Shown piece by piece: positions 15,678 to 20,000 of a DNA stretch of 20,000 nucleotides; the stretch's first letter is position 1, and every line of letters begins with the position of its first letter. Position numbers and translations under genes: made by a program. This DNA comes from an uncultured virus (IMG/VR IMGVR_UViG_3300042298_001940). Its lineage: Duplodnaviria; Heunggongvirae; Uroviricota; Caudoviricetes. The stretch lies in the IMG/VR virus record IMGVR_UViG_3300042298_001940; one strand, given 5' to 3'. The notes under the pieces were generated by a model. The model was not told where the DNA came from and did no database searches. It was given only the letters and a program-made list of their open reading frames with translations.

Positions 15678-17395
15678 AAAATCAAAAACAATCGGCAATT
15701 AGCAGACGATTGTCAAAAACCAGTTCATCGTCTGTTTTTCAAAACCTCGAAACAAGAATTGAAAGCATTGAAAATACTGTTCTAGAGACAGTTAATCAGG
15801 TATCGCAAACAACCAATACTCTTGCTTCAGTCAAAGAAGCAACGGAATCAACCCAGTCTTTACTGTCTAACCAACTAAACTCAAGCAATTCTGGGTCTGT
15901 TGTTGCCGAGATAGAAGAACTGAAGCAAAGTCTTGACGATGTAGGAAGTGGTGGTATCGACCCAACAGACCCATCACAGCCAATTCTTATTTTTGATAAC
16001 TTTGTATCCCAGAGTAATGGAAATCCGTCTGGAAGTCTTCTCTATTTTCCTACCCACCCAGAAGGGGTTTTGACTGGCTCACAGTTGTTAAATCCAAATG
16101 GTCCTGTAATTCTTGAAGCACCATCAGAAACAGACCATGTGGGTGTTGTTAGATGCTATACCGACGTAAATGGATATCTGAGTATAAACAATGGTAACAC
16201 TCTTGATTCTGTAAACTGGGAAAACTTTAATAGAGCTTACTTTATAATTAAACCACTGTCTACAGACTCTGACTATACAATTCAACTTGGATTATTCGAT
16301 GATATAGACGCACCGACAAAAGGTGTTTACGTCACTGGTACTAGGGGTGGTGATTGGGAATTTGAAACCAAGGATACAGGAACAACAACTGAAACAGCAA
16401 CTGGTTTTGCCAACGATTGGATAAAGATCAGAATAGAAAAACTGAGTGCAACCAGTGCTGTGTTTCAAATCAACAACGATACCGAAGTCATAATAACCAC
16501 CGATGTCCCCTCTGGGTATTTTACGTTTGGTATTAGATGCGTTATTGATACCGATCCTTTTGAGTTTCTTATTGATTTTTTTAGTTTAAAGCTTGGTGAA
16601 ACAACACCAGTTGTTCCAAGTGGCACTACAATAGAAGGCACGGCAAACGAAGTCGAGGTGACTACAACTGGTAGCACGGTTACAATCGGACTCCCACCAA
16701 GTATAACTGTAGACGAAGTAAAGACTGACGAGGTTTCGTTCGACACAACGATCACAGCTCCTACCCTTCTTCCTGGTCAGATGTCATGGGATACCGAGCA
16801 CGATACCGTTATCCTACAGGGAAGTTCAACCGTGCATATTCCTTTAGGCCACGGCCTTTACCAGCATGTACACAACAACTCTGGTGGTTCGATTTCCAAG
16901 GGAGAAGTTGTCTATATCTCTGGATCCCAGGGAACAGACAGACTACGCATAGCCAAGTCACTTGCAACATCGGAAGCAACATCAGCTCCTACTGTTGGAT
17001 TAGCCGCAGAGACAATCGCAAACGGTTCGGATGGGTATGTTATAACCTATGGTTTGCTTACTGGTTTGAACACTAATACCTACACGGCAGGGCAACCATT
17101 GTTTCTGTCGGACACAACCCCTGGTGGTTGGAGAACAACCTTCCCAACCGCACCAAACCACGGAACATTTATTGGTTGGGTTGTCAAGTCCGCTGGTAGT
17201 GGTGCTGGTTCTGTCTTTGTAAAGATAAACAACTACAACGAGATTTCTGAATTATCAGATGTTTTGATTTCATCTCCATCCAATGACCAAGCTCTTGTTT
17301 ACGAATCTTCGTCTGGAGTATGGAAAAATAAAACAATAGCTGGTGGTGGTGTTGATGAAGATTTTGTAATAGCCATGGCTATCGCCTTAGGATAA
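15674..17395 (+). CDS. Multidomain structural protein (fibre/decoration-like)
   Basis: ATG 15674 overlaps the previous TGA. N-terminal coiled coil, beta-rich middle, GTANEVEVTTTGSTVTIGLP spacer, NNSGGSISKGEVVYISG domain, LSDVLISSPSNDQALVY..WKN repeat and FVIAMAIALG end. Confidence 0.65.
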   Translation: MKNQKQSAISRRLSKTSSSSVFQNLETRIESIENTVLETVNQVSQTTNTLASVKEATESTQSLLSNQLNSSNSGSVVAEIEELKQSLDDVGSGGIDPTDPSQPILIFDNFVSQSNGNPSGSLLYFPTHPEGVLTGSQLLNPNGPVILEAPSETDHVGVVRCYTDVNGYLSINNGNTLDSVNWENFNRAYFIIKPLSTDSDYTIQLGLFDDIDAPTKGVYVTGTRGGDWEFETKDTGTTTETATGFANDWIKIRIEKLSATSAVFQINNDTEVIITTDVPSGYFTFGIRCVIDTDPFEFLIDFFSLKLGETTPVVPSGTTIEGTANEVEVTTTGSTVTIGLPPSITVDEVKTDEVSFDTTITAPTLLPGQMSWDTEHDTVILQGSSTVHIPLGHGLYQHVHNNSGGSISKGEVVYISGSQGTDRLRIAKSLATSEATSAPTVGLAAETIANGSDGYVITYGLLTGLNTNTYTAGQPLFLSDTTPGGWRTTFPTAPNHGTFIGWVVKSAGSGAGSVFVKINNYNEISELSDVLISSPSNDQALVYESSSGVWKNKTIAGGGVDEDFVIAMAIALG

Positions 17396-17398
17396 CGC

Positions 17399-17902
17399 AT
17401 GAAAGCACTATTAGGAATTGATTTCAATGGGTCTTATACCTTTGATCCAGCAAACAATAAGGTAATTTTTAAAAACCTAGATGATGCTATTTCACTTAGC
17501 AACATTCTGGTAATTACAAATGTCACGGCAAACACCGTGATCTATAATTTTGCATCATCCACAAAAGGTGCGGTTTCGTTTAATGGAACGGAACTGGTGC
17601 TGGACTACAATACATCCAGCATGAATGCTAATGATCAACTTCAGATCTATCTTGATGTCAAGCATGAAGGAAACTCGCTGCTGAGAAGAATCCTAGCTGC
17701 GCTACTAGCCCCTCTTGGGTATGATAAGTTGATTCAGCGGTTTAGAAATACCGCAATATTAGAGTCTGGAACATTGACTACCTGTAGCACAGTTACCACA
17801 GCTTCAAACTTGGTAAACCTAAACGGTTTACCAGCTGATCGTATCGTTTTAAATCAGAACTTAGCAGCTTGGGCTGCAATACATAGAGCAAGGATAACCT
17901 GA
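17399..17902 (+). CDS. Putative structural protein (YTFDP...ITNVTANTVIYNF...LDYNTSSM domain)
   Basis: Beta-rich domain of a type seen in phage structural regions; coupled to the next gene. Confidence 0.6.
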   Translation: MKALLGIDFNGSYTFDPANNKVIFKNLDDAISLSNILVITNVTANTVIYNFASSTKGAVSFNGTELVLDYNTSSMNANDQLQIYLDVKHEGNSLLRRILAALLAPLGYDKLIQRFRNTAILESGTLTTCSTVTTASNLVNLNGLPADRIVLNQNLAAWAAIHRARIT

Positions 17903-19521
17903 TGGCCAATATATTTAAGAAAGTAATCGACAGAATGATGTGGGTATCGGTTCCTCCCCTGCCCACAGCACACTCCACAGCCGTAGCTATGTGTTCCGAT
18001 TTAAGATCGGATATCTCAAGAAACCCGTTTGTCTATCAATTGGCAAGCAACAGCGTTCTCAACAGATACAACATCGTGACAAAGGGATCAAACTTTGTGC
18101 AGTCTCCAGCTTTGACTGGTACATTCGGTGCTGGTGCTGCGATGGCGTTTGTTCCGTCCTTTGGTGCTGTAGGAACAATTGCCGCTGGCGCTACGACTAC
18201 CTCTGTAGTTCTTAGTACCGCGCTTGCAACAGCTGTCGGTGTAAACATGTTGGCAAACCGTGGTGGTTCTGGTGATCGTGGTTTCAAGCTACGAATCATC
18301 GACACAGTTGCTGGCAAGACAGCTGAACGCTACATCGTTGCAAACACTGGTGGAACAACCCCGACTATTACCGTCGAGTCATCTTTTGGTTTTACTCCAG
18401 CAACTGGTGCTCGCTATGAGCTTGTAGCTGGTCGTGTGTTCATGCTCGGTGCTGGTACTACGGCAGCAAACATCTGGAGATCGCTAGAGGTATCAACGAA
18501 TACCCTGTCTAGCGGTCTTTCAACAACTGGTCTTCCAGCAACCATAAGCACCGATTCTCATATCCTTGTGCTAGATGAGCAGTATACACCGTACGATTGT
18601 AATCCTGGCGATGGATTCATCAAGGGTGCGTACAACTATGACACAGGTGTTGTACAGAGATTCGCTCTTACCGCAACCGCGTCCGCTGCTGGTACCTTGA
18701 CAGGTCAAGCATCGGCTGGTGATGCAGTGGTTGCTGCAAACGAGTTTAGAAACTTCCAGATCAGAATCGTAGAAGATACCGTTACACCAACCGCCGTAGG
18801 TCAGCGGAGAATTATTTCCTTGCATACTGCTGGTCCATCGCCCGTGTATACACTAGGTGGTGGTAACTGGACAGTTACTCCGTCTTCCAGCGCGAAGTTC
18901 GTTATTGAGTATCCAAATCTCATTGTGGTTCGTAGCACGGCTAACACAACCACCTATACTTACAACTATATGGATGCCACGATTAACAATGGCACCAACA
19001 GTATTGCCACAAACGCATGGTCAACCACATATTTTGGCGCTGGCTCTGCAAACAACGCAGCTGGTGGTTTTTGGGTTCCATCTTTTGGAATCAGACCAGA
19101 CACACCAAGAAATTCTCGTAACTCGTTCTGTTATTACTTCCGTGGGGGTAACACAGCTACCGTCGATCTATTTGATATTGCTGGTGGTACCACTGGTTCG
19201 TGGACAGCCAACATCGTAATCGACGGTGCCGTAGCAATGAACACTGGTTCATGCGCTGCATATGCTCCTTTCGGTCAGGAAGGTAGAATGGGATACATCA
19301 ATTCCTATGTTGCATCTGGTATTAGCCAGATCTTTAGATTTGATGTTAAGAACAGGGTTCTTAGTCCATACACCCCAACAGATGATTTACAGGCTGGTAC
19401 TGCTGCGGTTGGAAACAGACTTGCAGCGTATGTAGCTTTGGATGGAACAGATGTCTATGATGTCATTCTGTTGCAGTCACACTTAGTTGCTAGAGCACAG
19501 GAACTCATACCATTGGTTTAA
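17902..19521 (+). CDS. Putative tail/receptor-binding structural protein, T/G/A/S-rich beta protein
   Basis: 539 aa; two internal repeats ending in TP..G/SA.Y/F.I/L; propeller-like blades. Confidence 0.6.
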   Translation: MANIFKKVIDRMMWVSVPPLPTAHSTAVAMCSDLRSDISRNPFVYQLASNSVLNRYNIVTKGSNFVQSPALTGTFGAGAAMAFVPSFGAVGTIAAGATTTSVVLSTALATAVGVNMLANRGGSGDRGFKLRIIDTVAGKTAERYIVANTGGTTPTITVESSFGFTPATGARYELVAGRVFMLGAGTTAANIWRSLEVSTNTLSSGLSTTGLPATISTDSHILVLDEQYTPYDCNPGDGFIKGAYNYDTGVVQRFALTATASAAGTLTGQASAGDAVVAANEFRNFQIRIVEDTVTPTAVGQRRIISLHTAGPSPVYTLGGGNWTVTPSSSAKFVIEYPNLIVVRSTANTTTYTYNYMDATINNGTNSIATNAWSTTYFGAGSANNAAGGFWVPSFGIRPDTPRNSRNSFCYYFRGGNTATVDLFDIAGGTTGSWTANIVIDGAVAMNTGSCAAYAPFGQEGRMGYINSYVASGISQIFRFDVKNRVLSPYTPTDDLQAGTAAVGNRLAAYVALDGTDVYDVILLQSHLVARAQELIPLV

Positions 19522-19533
19522 GAGTAACAAATC

Positions 19534-19692
19534 ATGAAAATAGAAGAAATAATCCATATCCTAGAAAACAAACTTAGTTTTCTAAATATACAAAAAACCA
19601 TATCAGAAGCACAGGGTGATTTACTTCTTGTTGAAAAAATCAGTGAAGAAATCCTAAATACCGAATTATCTCTGCTTAAACTTAAATCATAA
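19534..19692 (+). CDS. Small helical protein, 52 aa (MKIEEIIHILENKL...); not in ORF track
   Basis: Translated by hand; amphipathic helical hairpin pattern. Confidence 0.65.
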   Translation: MKIEEIIHILENKLSFLNIQKTISEAQGDLLLVEKISEEILNTELSLLKLKS

Positions 19693-19717
19693 AGACACAA
19701 AACAAGGTAGATAGAAC

Positions 19718-19894
19718 ATGGCAAAAAAGAATTGGATTTCCAAAGCTATTAAAAGACCAGGTGCTTTGACTAAGAAAGCAAAAGCCGCTGGTAAATCCAT
19801 AGGAGCTTACTGTAAGTCTGGTAGCCTAAGTACCCAGACAAAAAGACAATGCAACCTAGCCAAAACCCTAAAAGGATTTCAAAAGAGAGGATAA
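19718..19894 (+). CDS. Small basic protein, 58 aa (MAKKNWISKAIKRPGAL...NLAKTLKGF); not in ORF track
   Basis: Translated by hand; AAGG upstream; WIxxAIKxPGAL motif of small basic phage proteins. Confidence 0.7.
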   Translation: MAKKNWISKAIKRPGALTKKAKAAGKSIGAYCKSGSLSTQTKRQCNLAKTLKGFQKRG

Positions 19895-19895
19895 C

Positions 19896-19973
19896 ATGTA
19901 TAAGAAGAAATCAACCAAAAAGCAAACCCAGTCAAAGTCAAAGCATAAGTGCATGTGCGGGAGGAAGAAATGA
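19896..19973 (+). CDS. Tiny Lys-rich peptide, 25 aa (MYKKKSTKKQ...CMCGRKK)
   Basis: GAGG SD; ATGA-coupled to an ORF starting at 19970 that runs off the window. Confidence 0.45.
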   Translation: MYKKKSTKKQTQSKSKHKCMCGRKK

Positions 19974-20000
19974 TTCCACAAAGCGGATCCATTGATATAA

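Noticed and set aside
1..20000. Stop-codon reassignment
   Set aside because: Core genes are intact under code 11, TAA, TAG and TGA all end genes, and there is no suppressor tRNA.
1..20000. T7-type phage RNA polymerase promoters and intrinsic terminators
   Set aside because: No repeated ~23-bp promoter consensus or clear hairpin-plus-U-tract was recognised, and intergenic space is minimal.

Overview
A 20-kb segment of a T7-like (Autographiviridae-type/podovirus-like) phage genome, with essentially all genes on the + strand. Left to right it holds: a partial metallophosphoesterase, a gp2.5-like SSB, a RusA resolvase and a zinc-dependent deaminase; a cluster of four tRNA-shaped genes; a run of small hypothetical genes containing a high-GC repeat-rich cassette; ThyX, gp4-like primase-helicase, family A DNA polymerase, HNH, dNMP kinase, gp6-like exonuclease and class II ribonucleotide reductase; then the portal and fibre/decoration-type structural genes. 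The most unusual locus is the deaminase plus tRNA cluster (1388-2192). It contains two normal tRNAs (Leu-CAA, Arg-TCT), a tRNA-Ile with a rare UAU anticodon and non-canonical A33, a tRNA-shaped RNA whose anticodon loop is reduced to 4 nt, and a structured spacer of about 115 nt. All family assignments are from motif recognition by eye; no searches were run.
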